From contig CM075988.1 of the NCBI GenBank assembly GCA_038087875.1, positions 10,728,001-10,792,000 on the forward strand: DNA of 64,000 nucleotides, read 5' to 3'. The translations under genes were made by a program, and so were the position numbers. The notes under the pieces are model-generated. The model ran no database searches. It worked only from the letters and a program-made list of their open reading frames with translations, and was not told the origin of the DNA. Source of the stretch: Malacoraja senta (Eukaryota). Of the stretch, positions 8,619 through 20,634 are shown piece by piece. Each line of letters begins with the position of its first letter. The first letter of the stretch is position 1.

Positions 8619-10442
8619 TCTATATTACTAAAAGTCTGATCTTGACCACTTCCTGTTGTTCTGTATATTGATTTTAGAAAAAACTCTGCCACTTACGGCT
8701 GTGATTTTTGGCCATCTTACTCATAGTCCCCCTCCGCTGTGCAGGACAAGAGGATTTTTCCCATCGATGAAAAATAAAACATTTTTATTAGTGTTTATAA
8801 AATGTTGAGATTCTCTCTCCCGAAGGCCACGCACCTTTCGGAGGGACTATAAAACCCGGAAGTGTTGAGTGCCTCAGTCAGTCTCTGCAAGATGGGGGAG
8901 CGAGAGGGTCACGTCTCTCAGTCTAAGCTGTAAATAACACTGAACACATGTCTACTAAACTGTGAGTGTGGTTTTACTGACCTTGTGCGCCCTTAATGTG
9001 GTTTGAAAATGAAAACGTGGTTAGATTGAGATAAAGCACAGCAAATGGTTGGTGGTGGTTGGTTTGAAATGGCAAATGATTAAAAGTCTAAACTTGACAA
9101 CTTCCTGTTTGCACGCTATATTGATTCTAGATAAAACGCTACCACTTACGTCTGTGATTTTTGGCCATCTTACTCAGTCCCCCTCCGCTCATCAGGTGCA
9201 GAATAAATACAAGTGTTATTAGTGTTTAAAAAATGTCAATGAAAAATAAAAGTGTTAGTAGTGTTTAAAAAATGATGAGAATCTCTCTCCTGTCAATCAC
9301 GCCATGAAGGCCACGCCCCTTCCGGTGCGAGGGGGAGAGTTATAAAACCCGGAAGTGTGGGTGTGGCTCAGTCTCTGCAAGATGGGGGAGGGAGCGTTTA
9401 CGACTGTCTGAGCTGTGAATCAACTGAAAACACTGAATGTCTACTGAACTGTGAGTCTGGTGTTGTGGTGTTTTGAAGTGTTTTGTGAGGTTTTATGGTG
9501 GTTTTATGGTGGTTTCACCCTGCTTGAATTGGTATGAAACTGCAATTGAATGTGGTGGCCTGGCACCCTGCAGGAAATGGTATGAAACTGCATTTGAATT
9601 TGGTGGCCTTGCACCCTGCTTGAAATAGTACAAATCTGCATTTGAATTTGGTTGCCTTGCACCCTGCTTAAAATGGCATGAAACTGCACTTGAATTTGGT
9701 GGCCTTGCACCCTGCTTGAATTGGCATGAAACTGCACTTGAATTTGGTGGCGTTGCACCCTGCTTGATGGCATGAAACTGCACTTGAATTTGGTGGCCTT
9801 GCACCCTGCTTGAAGTGGCATGAAACTGCACTTGAGTTTGGTGGCCTTGCACCCTGTTTGAAGTGGTAGGAAACTGCACTTAAGTTTGGTGGCCCTGCAC
9901 CCTGCTTGAAGTGGTAGGAAACTGCACTTGAGTTTGGTGGCCTTGCACCCTGCTTGATGTGGTAGGAAACAGCACATGAATTTGGTGGCCTTGCACCCTG
10001 CTTGAAGTGGTATGAAACTGCACTTGAATTTGGTGGCCTTGCAACCTGCTTGAGTTGGTATGAAACTGCACTTGAATTTAGTGGCCTTGCACCCTGAAAT
10101 GGTAGGAAACTGCATTTGAATTTGTTGGCCTTGCACCCTGCTTGAAATGGAATTTCAAGGAATATCCGTGAGTCAACTACCAGCCCACCAGCCGTGAGTG
10201 AGCTGCCAGCACATCAGGCTTGAGTGACTGAGCTTCCACCCCAATAATCCATTTGGCCCACAATGTCCATACTAGCCCTCTGGAAACCAGTCCCATCAGC
10301 GCACTACACCCATACTAGCACTCCAGAAGCCCCCCCCCCCACACTCCACTGGCCACCAATATTGGTGGAGAGGTGGAATATTATGTTGGGGGACCAGCCC
10401 TCCCGTGTGAACATGGGACCCAACGGGTCCAACTTATTCTAG
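8619..10442 (+). mobile_element. Non-autonomous Helitron, copy 1
   Basis: Starts A|TCTATATTACTAAAAG and ends CTAG|T. GGACCC-AAC-GGGTCC hairpin (10416-10430) lies 8 nt before CTAG. No TSD. Second copy at 32978-34025. Confidence 0.9.
9516..10150. repeat. 48-bp minisatellite (about 13 units) inside the Helitron
   Basis: Unit ccttgcaccctgcttgaagtggtatgaaactgcacttgaatttggtgg; 16-aa periodicity in the ORF track. Confidence 0.95.
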
Positions 10443-10459
10443 TATATTATAAATTGTGA

Positions 10460-10790
10460 GAGACATACAGTGTAGAAACAAGACCTTCGATCCACTGAGT
10501 CAGCACCAAACGTTACAATCCATTTTTGCACTAATCCTATTTCATTCTCTCCACATTCTCATCTTCCTCCTGATCCTGCTGCTCACGTATTCAGTAGGGA
10601 CAATTTACATTTACCTCTCAAGTGCATGCATTTTGGAATTTGGAAGGAAACCAGGAGCACCTGAAGGAAACCCGTGTCGTCACAAGAAAAACATGCAAAC
10701 TCCACATAAACAGCACCCGAGATTAGAATTGGATGTGGGTCTCTGGCACTGTGTAGTAGTGCCTCGACCATCTGTGCCACTGTACCACCC
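10460..10790 (-). mobile_element. tRNA-derived V-SINE (HE1-like)
   Basis: V-domain GTGGAGTTTGCATGTT, tRNA-like head, CR1-like tail. Confidence 0.8.
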
Positions 10791-11628
10791 CATTGTTATT
10801 ATTAAATTTCATTTCCCTGGGATTATTTGTAAACAATGTTTTGTTGTAAAAATTAGTGGCATACTAATTTATGCTAAGTTTAAGAGTAAGAATTGACATC
10901 GAGAAATGCATATGATGTATGCATTTCAATTAAAGTGACTTTTTAGTACAAAATGTGGGATTTGTCATTTCTGATGTTATTTGTTGGATTATCCTTAATG
11001 AGGTACATAATATAGAATTGTTAAGGTTAGTTTTTATCACAGCAATGTAGTTGAGAAGATTTGAGATAAGCAGCAGTTTCACTAAATCTGTCGTCGTTAA
11101 CTGTTTTGTAAGATTTTTTGTAAATAATTATTAGTATAACTTAAGTGAATTGATAAATTTTAATATATAAAGGTAGATATGGCAATAACACAGTTTGAAA
11201 GGAAAAGCAGTGTACTATATTAGCAAGTGCATATTCCTTTAAAGCTCCGCATCCAAGCTGCAATCGCTTTAGATACCTTGGAACATCAACCACTGCTGTT
11301 AATTAAACATTGTTGAGCAGCATCATACATAATCTTCTTCCTTGCCTTTCTAAACAGCAATATAGTGGAACCTATAAGTACAGCAAAAGCTAAAACAAAA
11401 TCTGGCCCCAAAGAGATTAAACCTATGTCAAGTTTAGTTATGTTTTGAGATACAGCACGGAAATAGGTCATTCGGCCCATTGAGTGCGCGCCAACCAGCG
11501 TTCCCCTCACATTAACACTATTGTGCACACACTAAAGGACAAGGACATTTATTGTCACGTACACCAATTGGTGCAGAGAAATTTGAGTTACCATGCAGCA
11601 CACAAATAAGATAAACACAACACTATAG

Positions 11629-14600
11629 AATAATAAGATTAAACGAGAACTTACCAGTTTGAAGTTTGATCTTTATTTTATGAGGAGTTACGTCGAGGGA
11701 TTACGTAAAGACCCCGCCAGCACGCATGCGCGACATTCTTCAAAGCAACGGTGTGGAATCACAGTAATAGTAAAGAAATAAATATAGTAAGATAAGAAGA
11801 ACTAGGATACCAGTTGATCTTTACAAGAGGGTGGGCGTGGAGGGCACGTAATCCCTCGACGTAACTCCTCATAAAATAAAGATCAAACTTCAAACTGGTA
11901 AGTTCTCGTTTAATCTTACTATTTTACTTCGGAGTCACGTGAGTGACTACGTGAAGATTTTAAAGATCTGTGATTTCATGCCGTGGAAATGAGTCCATGC
12001 TTCACACACTGCATCAGTTGACTACTGATGAGTGATCATTAATAATGCATTCAGACATGACTTAGATATAGACATGTTGATGCTTTTAATAAACAAACAA
12101 TGATAATAGTAACCTCACTCAACCGAGAGGGAACTATGAAACAGAACTAGCATAGAGTTGGCAACTACCCCCAATCTGGTAATGGGTTGTTATAAATGAT
12201 TGGAAAGATTGTTAGTTTGACCAGCCTGCAGTCCCTAGGATGTGGTCCCCCTAACGTCCATACCCTGCTGCTGTGGTAGTTACAGCCCTGGTGGAGTGAG
12301 ACTTGAATATTAGTGTTCACTCCTGTATAAGCCAGCCCCTTTAAAACCACCTGGAGATGGTCTGTAGTGATCCCTTCTTACAAGGCTAATGTAACTAACA
12401 ATATTGCTAGTTCAGAGTCTTTAATGCTCTAGTGACCTACATTCTGGTATAGATGTGTGACTACACACAACCAAAGGTCCATGAGATATATGAACAATCT
12501 AGTTAGACCTGATGCCCCTGGTCTATTCTGCTTGACTAAGTCATAAACATAATGTTATTTAGCTCGCAGATATTATCATCGTGTCCAGTTACTTCTAATG
12601 CCATGTCTGGAACCATTGTGCTGAACTCAGTGCCATGGGCATAACCACTTGTAGGCGAGTTTTACCAAGGACAGGGATGTAGCTGGAGCCCACCGACGAA
12701 CAACGTGGCACAATGTTAACATCCTATATCTCTGCGTACCCAGGCCTGGGAGGTTTAGAGTTGAAGATACCCTTCATTACCTGAATCCCAGAGGGTGAGA
12801 CCCAACAGAGTGGATTCTGTTCCCCGCAGCCAGCATAATGAGAACGCACTTTAGGCACAGTAAATAGCACTTTAACTTGATAATTATCAATCCCATACAA
12901 AACTGACCTTGAAGCCGTCAGTCATCCATGCCGAGCTGAATGTAATATAACATAAAACAAATACCTCCCATCTCCTTATGAGGAGATACTACTGTTTGGT
13001 GCTATCCCTGCATCTGCAGTGAGCACGACCAAGGTATGGTTTGACAACCCGAGCCGCAGGAATGGCCTTCGCAGAGTCTGTAATCAAAGCATAGGTTATA
13101 TCCTGCAAAGGATGGTTCCCCAAGTCACGGTAAAACCAGAAAATTGTATGTCCAGAATTAACCATATAAGGTTCTGTCATCATTCCCCACATCAGCGGGA
13201 ACCATGGCTGTAGAAGCCAGGCAGGCACTATGAAAATACCTGAAGCGGGAGCTTGCTGAATTTGCAAGTCCCGTCTGATGAGGCAAAATGGAGGAAGACA
13301 TTCCTCCCCTGTGTAGCGAGAATACATCCATCGCCATTGATATGCCACCTATATTGCAAATGGTGATTGAGCCTTGGATGCAGACATTTCGATCTTCAGC
13401 GTTTCATCGAGCCACAATGTCATTGAATACTTAGCGATCCAACATCAATTCTGTATTGACAATTGATGATATACCAGTGCTAGATGAGGTTAGATAATTT
13501 ATCACCGGATACTTTGACTGATTATACCCATGTGATCAACATATACCTCCACCAAAGTGAATCAACTTGGACTTAAGCATGCACCCCTTAATCCACAGAA
13601 TGCACCTGTTGTCTGTAAGTAGTTGATACCATATAACTGAACATTTGGTAACTCATGCAAATCCCATCCGTCTCCATAACTTAGAGCTGATATTAGTAAT
13701 TTTTCCATATTTAAGCAATAGCATCCGTTTGTAATTAACTGAAGATAATTGATGAAAAGTTAATGGAGCAATTCTGAATACTATTCGTCCATCATGGTGA
13801 CTTTGATAGTTTCAGCTGGGAATAGGAAAGGTCTGGTAACAATGGTACTTGAGAATTGATTCCAATCTCTTGCCTCAGGGCGGAGTCCCAGACATTTCTG
13901 TTGGTATCAACGTAAATTTAACTTAAATTTAACTGGATGGATGAGAACTCAATTCCAGCTAAATTTTGAAATACCTCTGGTGCCTTGTGAATGGAAACTG
14001 ATCCCATGGTAGTTAACAGTCACGAAGTTCCCTATTCAGAAATGTCTATACTGCACAAGCGAGTTGTACCTGTTAACAATGAACAGGCCTTATTGCCCCA
14101 ATTGCGATTCTGCCTAAAAAGTAAAACGCCAACCATGTTTTCGAGAACTCTGGTGCTTGAATCCTGTGCAGTATAAACTAATCTGATCTGTAAACCCCAA
14201 GTGTAAATATTACCAACTAGTATTCGTAATCGGAAGCTTCTCCTTCATACTCCAAATGGGAGGACTTATGCAACCTGCCCAGGAGCTGCCTCAACCAGCT
14301 TCATCCTTCAATCAGCTTCATCCTTCATACATCCGAATGGTAGGACTTATGCAACCCGAGTCAGGAGCTGCCTTAGGTAAGCACCATCTGCATCCATCTG
14401 TTTTATCGAGTGGGAGGAATTGCAACCCTGAAACAGGTGTCGCTTCAGGCATATGTGCACTTCAGTAGCACCCTCTACCACTCCGGCTCATTTGAGTGGG
14501 AGGAAATTTGCAACCCTGAACCAGGAGCTGCTGCCTGACATGCCTTCCACACTCTTGTGGGGTTGGCACATCTTCCACGAAGGCCGTTCTAAAAAAGACC

Positions 14601-15829
14601 TCTGTTCTGATCGTACGGCCTTCGGCTTTCACCAGCTTCGGTATCTCCTGGTGGGTGCATAGTAGACTTGTGGCATCTTCAGCCAACCCCATGTCTTCAG
14701 AGTCAGCCCAGAAGTGACTCCTAATGCTCCCCTCTGTCGAGGGAGATGCATTATGCAGCCCTCAACGAGGTGCTGCCATGGCCGTCCTAGGAGGCCCATG
14801 GTGACAAGGCTCCATATCCTGGAGCACGTCACATTGGAGCATCTGCTCCATCAACCGCCCATGCGGGATATGTGATCTCGGTCGCTGCCTGCCGGCGGTG
14901 ATTCTTCACGGCCCGACTCGTCCGAGTCTATGGCCTGTCCGTCCTCTGCTTGGTCTTTCAGCCAGTCTGTAGTGTTGATTCAGACTGTACAGGTGCCGGG
15001 ACGGAGACTGCTGACCGCATAGATTGCGATCCAGATGCAGTCGGCCGCTGCTGACTGCCCGTACTTCCGCGGTCCAGCCAGTCTGGATGCAGCCCGTTTG
15101 GACTTCATTACCGACTTGTCCATAGTTCCTTCCCTGTAACACAGAAATGGAACAAAATACGACCACAGAGTAAAGAACTTACCTGCACGTCTTGTTATCT
15201 GGAAAAAGCGGATTCGACCGCTGCCCGCTACCCGCAGTCTGCGGTCTCCCTGCGGCCCCTGTAGAAGGGATTCCCCGCAAAGCCCACATCGGGTTTTCCC
15301 CCATAGTTCTCGCAGCCGGAATTCCCTCTGCAGTCCCTGTAGAAGGGGTTTCCCGTGAAGTCCATGTCGGGTTTTGCACCAAGCCTGGTATCCCTGTGGT
15401 TCTTGCAGCCGGTACTCCCTCTACAGTCCTTGTAGAAGGGATCCCCGCGAGATCCATGTCGGGTTTTCCACCGAGCCTGGTATCCCCGTGGTTCTTGCAG
15501 CCGGGCTTCCCTCTGCAGTCACTGTAGAAGGGAATCCCCGCGAGATCCATGTCGCCCCGACCCTGTGGTCAGCGACTGAGGTTCCTCGCGGTCCATGAGG
15601 TTCTCCCGCGGCCTGGCAGACTTCGCCCAAATAAAGCAGGACCTCTGTAAGGCTACAGAGATTCCTGCAAAACACAACCTGGAAAAGTTTAAAAACTTAC
15701 CTTCCGGTTGGACCACAGGTGGAGCAGCGCTCCCCCCAGCCTGTCGTTTGCGCAATGCGATAGACGGTATGTTGCGCATGCTTGCTGGCGGGGTCTTCAC
15801 ATGGTCACTCACGTGACTCCGAAGTAAAA
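11629..15829 (-). mobile_element. DIRS-type tyrosine-recombinase retrotransposon copy 1 (coding region heavily decayed)
   Basis: ICR at 11846-11958 is complementary to both outer ends (11634-11706 and 15794-15829). Short ITR GACCCCGCCAGC. Relics VGSHPL..MKGIFNSKPPRP (YR) and VPAWLLQPWFP (MT-like). Confidence 0.85.
15250..15555. repeat. About 92-bp tandem repeat (3-4 units) in the DIRS copy 1 leader
   Basis: gtagaagg recurs at 15261, 15339, 15432 and 15524. Confidence 0.9.
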
Positions 15830-18464
15830 TTTAACATAAAACATGAAAACATCCCCACACAGCGGAATCAACGTTTCCCACTGAGAGGGAAGGCAACAAA
15901 GTTCAGTCCTCTTTCTCCTGTTCACCTGTGGTCGGGGCCTATTGAGGCTCCGCAGTCGCCGAAACGGCGGACTGATGTTTCGGGCCCTCTCACCGTGATG
16001 ATCGGAGCTCCGGCGTCGGCCTGGAGTTCCGAATCGGCCGCTTCCTACCGGAGACTGCGGCTCCCGAAGTCCACAGGCTGAGCTGGGCAGAGCTCCAACA
16101 CTGGCATTCCTCGGCGAAAGATCCCAGGCCTCCGCGATGTTTAAAGTCAGCGCCGCCCGCGGCTGGAAGCTCCGCAGACCACAGACCGCAGCTTCACAGT
16201 GTTCAAGTTGGCAGGCCCAACACTCCGGAGCTCCAATACGGCGATCCCGGTAAGGCATCGTCCCGCTCCGCGATGGAATTCAGCACTGCGCCGCTGCTGA
16301 AGCTGAAGCTCTTGCCGGTCTCGAGCAGAAAAGGCCGCGCCAATCCAGATGGTAGGCCGCGAGAAGGGGACGAAGATGCAGCTGGGCACAAAGACGCATC
16401 CTCGACCAGGTAGTGACTGAGAAAAACAGTTTCCCCCTTCCCCCCCCCCAACCCCCACATAAAAAAGACTAAAGACTTCCAAAAACAAACTTTTAGACAC
16501 TAAAAATAACAAAAAATGAAAGGACAGACTGCTGCTAGCGAGGCTGCCACGCTCGATGGCACCACCACTCCACTCGACACAATTAACACTATTGAGCACA
16601 CACTAGGCACAATTTACAATTTTACCAAGCCAATTAACCTACAAACCTGTATGTCTTTGGAGCGTGGGACATATCCGGAGCTCCCGGGTAAAACCTACAC
16701 AGATCACAGGGAGAATTTACAAACTCTATACAGATAGCATCCGCAGTCAGTATGAAGAAGGGTCTCTACCTGAAACGTCACCTATTCCTTCGCTCCACAG
16801 ATGCTGCCTCACCCGCTGAGTTTCTCCAGCATTTTTGTCTACCTTTGATGTTTCCAGCATCTGCAGTTCTTTCTTAAACACCCACAGTCAGGATCGAACA
16901 CGGGTCCGTGGCGCTGCAAGGCAGCGAACTCTATCTCTACATCAACATGCTGTCCTTTAAGAAAGAATTAACATGAAATGGCAAATCCACAGTTGGGGCA
17001 AATGTTTCTTGTGTCCTTTTTCATTTCATCGCTCAGAAAAGGAGCAGGTCAGTTGACAGCTGACTGTCTTTCTCACATGCAAATGCATGAACTTACCCTG
17101 GGAAGCACTCAATGCTGGCAGGATGGGTTGGACCTGGATTTGCCTTTATCTCACGTCTCTTAATGTGATCTCTCATTTGTCTCCTGAGACATCTCGCAAC
17201 ACATAACTCAGCATGTTTCTCATTCAGTCTTTGAATGTGGGTGTTGCTGGCAAGAACTGGAATTCATTGCTCTTTGCCATCTGTACTTGGTAGCCCAATG
17301 GTGGCTCCACGATGACCATTCCCATGATCTGACAGTCGGGAATCTGGCAATTCCACTCAAATAAAATGCTTTTAAGTTTGAGCCAGAGTTTGGCCATTAG
17401 GATGATTGCCACAAGTATTGTATTGAATAACTGCCAGTTAAAACACATACCAGGAATAAAGAGGGCACAGCCTGGTTAAATTTCAGCAGTTGGTTTATTT
17501 TGTTGCTACAACACAAATCTGGATGATGTGCATCTTTAATTTAATCACCATAAACAATGCAATGATACCACCTTCGAGTCACAGAGTCATTGTTTGTTGC
17601 ATTGCCAGAAGACAATTTAAATTCAGTCGTATAGTATTAATCTGGGCAATTTAACTAAATACAATTCACCTTTAGAATGAGAGTGCATCAGCTCTAGGTC
17701 AGCTTAGTTTAATGTAGCATAACCGTGGTGTGCAATTTTAAGGACTGCAGAATATGTGTTTGCCAAACATCGTCTCATAGACTTTAAACAGAGAGCAACT
17801 GCCTGCTAAGATTAGTTTATACAGCAATGTTAAAGATGTACGTCAACTCTTCCCAATATAAAAGGGAATTTATGCTGGAACACATGCTGCATTGAGCAAA
17901 GGAGAAGGCACTGGAATACTGGATGAGGCTTTTTGTGTTAAAGGAACTGAGGTAGAATGAGTTAAGGGACAGATCGGGCATACGCGAACCATCTTGCTGG
18001 ATGACCTGCTGCTGGCTTTAGTTCCTCTGAGAGTTCGTCTGATTTGGCCGAAGTCGGCGTTAATTGTTCCCAGTGTTTCATGGCCATTTTACTATGGGGA
18101 TGGTGATCAGGGTATGTGAACACACAATTGTGGAAAATAGCAGGTCATTAAAATAAGGAGAAATGTTCACATTGGAAGGTGAGTTTCAATATAATGTGAC
18201 AAAAAAGGAAGTGAAAATCTACAGCGAAAAGAAAAATTGAGGTGAAATGTCAAGCCATTGTTAAAGCTATGGGAGAGGCTATTTAGAACTGACAACCCAT
18301 CTTGAATAGAAAGTAACAAAAGAAGCAGCTTCAAATATAGAGGCAGGCGCCAGAGCGGCACACTAGTTTATTTGATGGTCACTCAAGAAGAGTGATGTGT
18401 TGCATACTAACTGTAGGAAAGGTTTCTCCCTAAATGATTCCAACACACTGTGCGCACTATGTTC

Positions 18465-19042
18465 ATGTTCATAGGTGATACAAGCAGAAATAGGCCATTT
18501 GCCCCATCAAGTCTACTCTGCCATTCAATTATGGCTGATCTTTCTTTCCCTCTTAACCCCATTCTCCTGCCTTCTCCCATAGCCCCCGAGCCTGTATTAA
18601 TCAAGAATTTATCGACCTCTGCCTTAAAAATATCAATGGACTTGCTCTCCACAACCTTCGGTTGAAAGGAAATACCACAAATTCACCACCCTCTGAGTAA
18701 AGAAATCCCTTGTCTTCTTCCTAATGGCTATGACCTCTAGTCCTAGAATCTCCCACAAGTGGAAACATCCTTTCCACATCCACTCTATCCAAGCATTTCA
18801 CTATTCGGTACGTTTCATTGAGGTCCCCACTCAATCTTTTAAACTCCAGCGAGTACAGGCCCAGTGATGTCAAACACTCATCATAAGTTAACCCACTCAT
18901 TCCTGAGATCATTCTTGTAAACCTCTACTGGACCCTCTCCAGGGCCAGCACATCCTTCCTCAGATATGGTGCTCAAAATTGCTCACAATACTCCAAATGC
19001 GGCCTGACCAGCGCTTTATAGAACTTCAGCATTACATCCCTG
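18465..19042 (-). mobile_element. CR1 3' fragment
   Basis: LGLYSLEFKRLSGDLNETY...SRTRGHS plus a CR1 3'UTR. Confidence 0.9.
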
Positions 19043-19689
19043 TCTCTATCCTTCCCTCCCAACCCATCCAGTTCCATCTATCTAATCTTAGATATTGGTG
19101 AAGAAGTTTTACCAGGACCAACAATATCAGAGAGGACAAAAATAGTAAGATTAAACGAGAACTTACCTAAGTTTGAAGTTTGATCTTTATTTTATGAGGA
19201 GTTATGTAGGTGATTACGTGAAGAACCCCGCCAGTGCGCCTGCGCGTCAATCTTCAAAGCAGCGGTGTGAAATCACAAAAAACAACAACCGAAGTAATAT
19301 AGTCTCATAATAAAACGAGTAATACAAGAACTTCCATCTGACCTTTATGATAGAGGGTAGGGTCGTGGTGGGCACGTAATCACCTACGTAACTCCTTATA
19401 ACATAAAGATCAAACTTCAAACTTAGGTAAGTTCTCGTTTAATCTTACTATTTTACTTCGGAGTCACGTGAGTGACTACGTGAAGATTTTAAAGCTTTGT
19501 GATTTCATGCCGTGGGTCAATCCCGGCTTCTCACTGCATAGATTGACTCGGAACGAGAATAATCAATCATGCATTCATAATAACATTTGTACCACAAATG
19601 CAGTAGTTCATTTCAATAATGAAATGAATCAGATCCCCTTTAAACCAGAGGAATTTACACAGAACTTAAAATAGTTTCTGCAAACAACC

Positions 19690-20620
19690 CCGCATTAACA
19701 ATAGGCCGATGGTAAAAATGTTGAAACATCAACTCATTGGACCACCCGGCGGCTTCGAGGATATGGTCGACGGGGCCGTCTTTTGCCCTGGCCGCCGACG
19801 TTTCTGCTGCCCTAGTCGAGTGAGACGTAAAAACATAAGTGTTAATACCAGCAGCTGTTAAGACTTATTTTATCCATCTGGAAATAGTCTGTATTGAAAC
19901 TCTCTTGTGTGGTTTCTTGTGTGTGATCAACAACCCAGTTTCCGTATTCTCAAATTCTTTGTGACCTCAATGTATTGTAATAAATATGTCTTAATACAGA
20001 GACATGGATCATTTGGATATGCTGCTAGCATAATTTTAAATCCTGTCACACCTGGCCTAATTTACTTTAGTAGGTCATAGATATAGAATGAAACCTTGTC
20101 TTCAGTTACTTCCATACTGTCTATTTGTAATTTTCCAAGTGTTTGCACTCTTTGTGCTGTCACTCATGCCATAAGCATGAATACTTTCATACTGAGCTTG
20201 ACCAAAGGTAAAGACACACTTGATGACCATTCACGAAGTAGTTTCAGTACCACACTTACATCCCAGATTGTCACGTACCTAGGTTTCGGTGGTTTGGAAT
20301 TAAAGATTCCTTTCATTAGTCTGGAAACAATTGGGTGTGACCCAATTGAGTTTCTTTCTGAATCCAGAACCAAATATGAGGACAATGCACTTCTGGCTGA
20401 ATTAATTGCACTTCAACTCAGACCTTCATCATAATAATGTTTTGACAGAAATTCTAAACATTTGAAATATCTGCAGTACTTTATTGTACATTCTTTTGTA
20501 CACAGAACTCTTCCCATTTCTTAATATAAGAAAGGTACTGTTTTTGAGTGCTCTTCCTCCAGACTGCCATAAGCATGTCCACAGTATACTCAGACAGTCC
20601 TCATCCCAGAAAAGGCATTC
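19690..20620 (-). pseudogene. DIRS tyrosine recombinase
   Basis: WRKSTQKQY, GSHPIVSRLMKGIFN, FTSHSTRAA (HxxR motif), ILEAAGWS; frameshifted. Confidence 0.85.
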
Positions 20621-20634
20621 TTAAAACCTGCAAA

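Larger units (their letters stand above)
11535..16581 (-). mobile_element. About 850-bp GC-rich non-autonomous retroposon with a GTGACAATAAA-type tail, interrupted by the DIRS element
   Basis: Pieces 11535-11630 and 15830-16581, bounded by the 24-bp TSD. Tail ...GTACGTGACAATAAATGTCCTTGTCCTT. Confidence 0.7.
11431..16955 (-). mobile_element. V-SINE split by nested insertions (pieces 11431-11534, 16582-16750, 16881-16955)
   Basis: SINE sequence resumes after a 24-bp duplication attaacactattg(t/a)gcacacacta at 11511-11534 and 16582-16605. Confidence 0.8.

Noticed and set aside
9493..10136. Cys/Gln-rich repetitive ORFs; possible CRISPR-like array
   Set aside because: Translations of a 48-bp minisatellite. 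The units are contiguous with no unique spacers, there are no cas genes, and the context is eukaryotic.
15782..16599. GC-rich overlapping ORFs / possible CpG-island promoter
   Set aside because: Lies within a TSD-bounded retroposon; long ORFs are expected from GC content alone.
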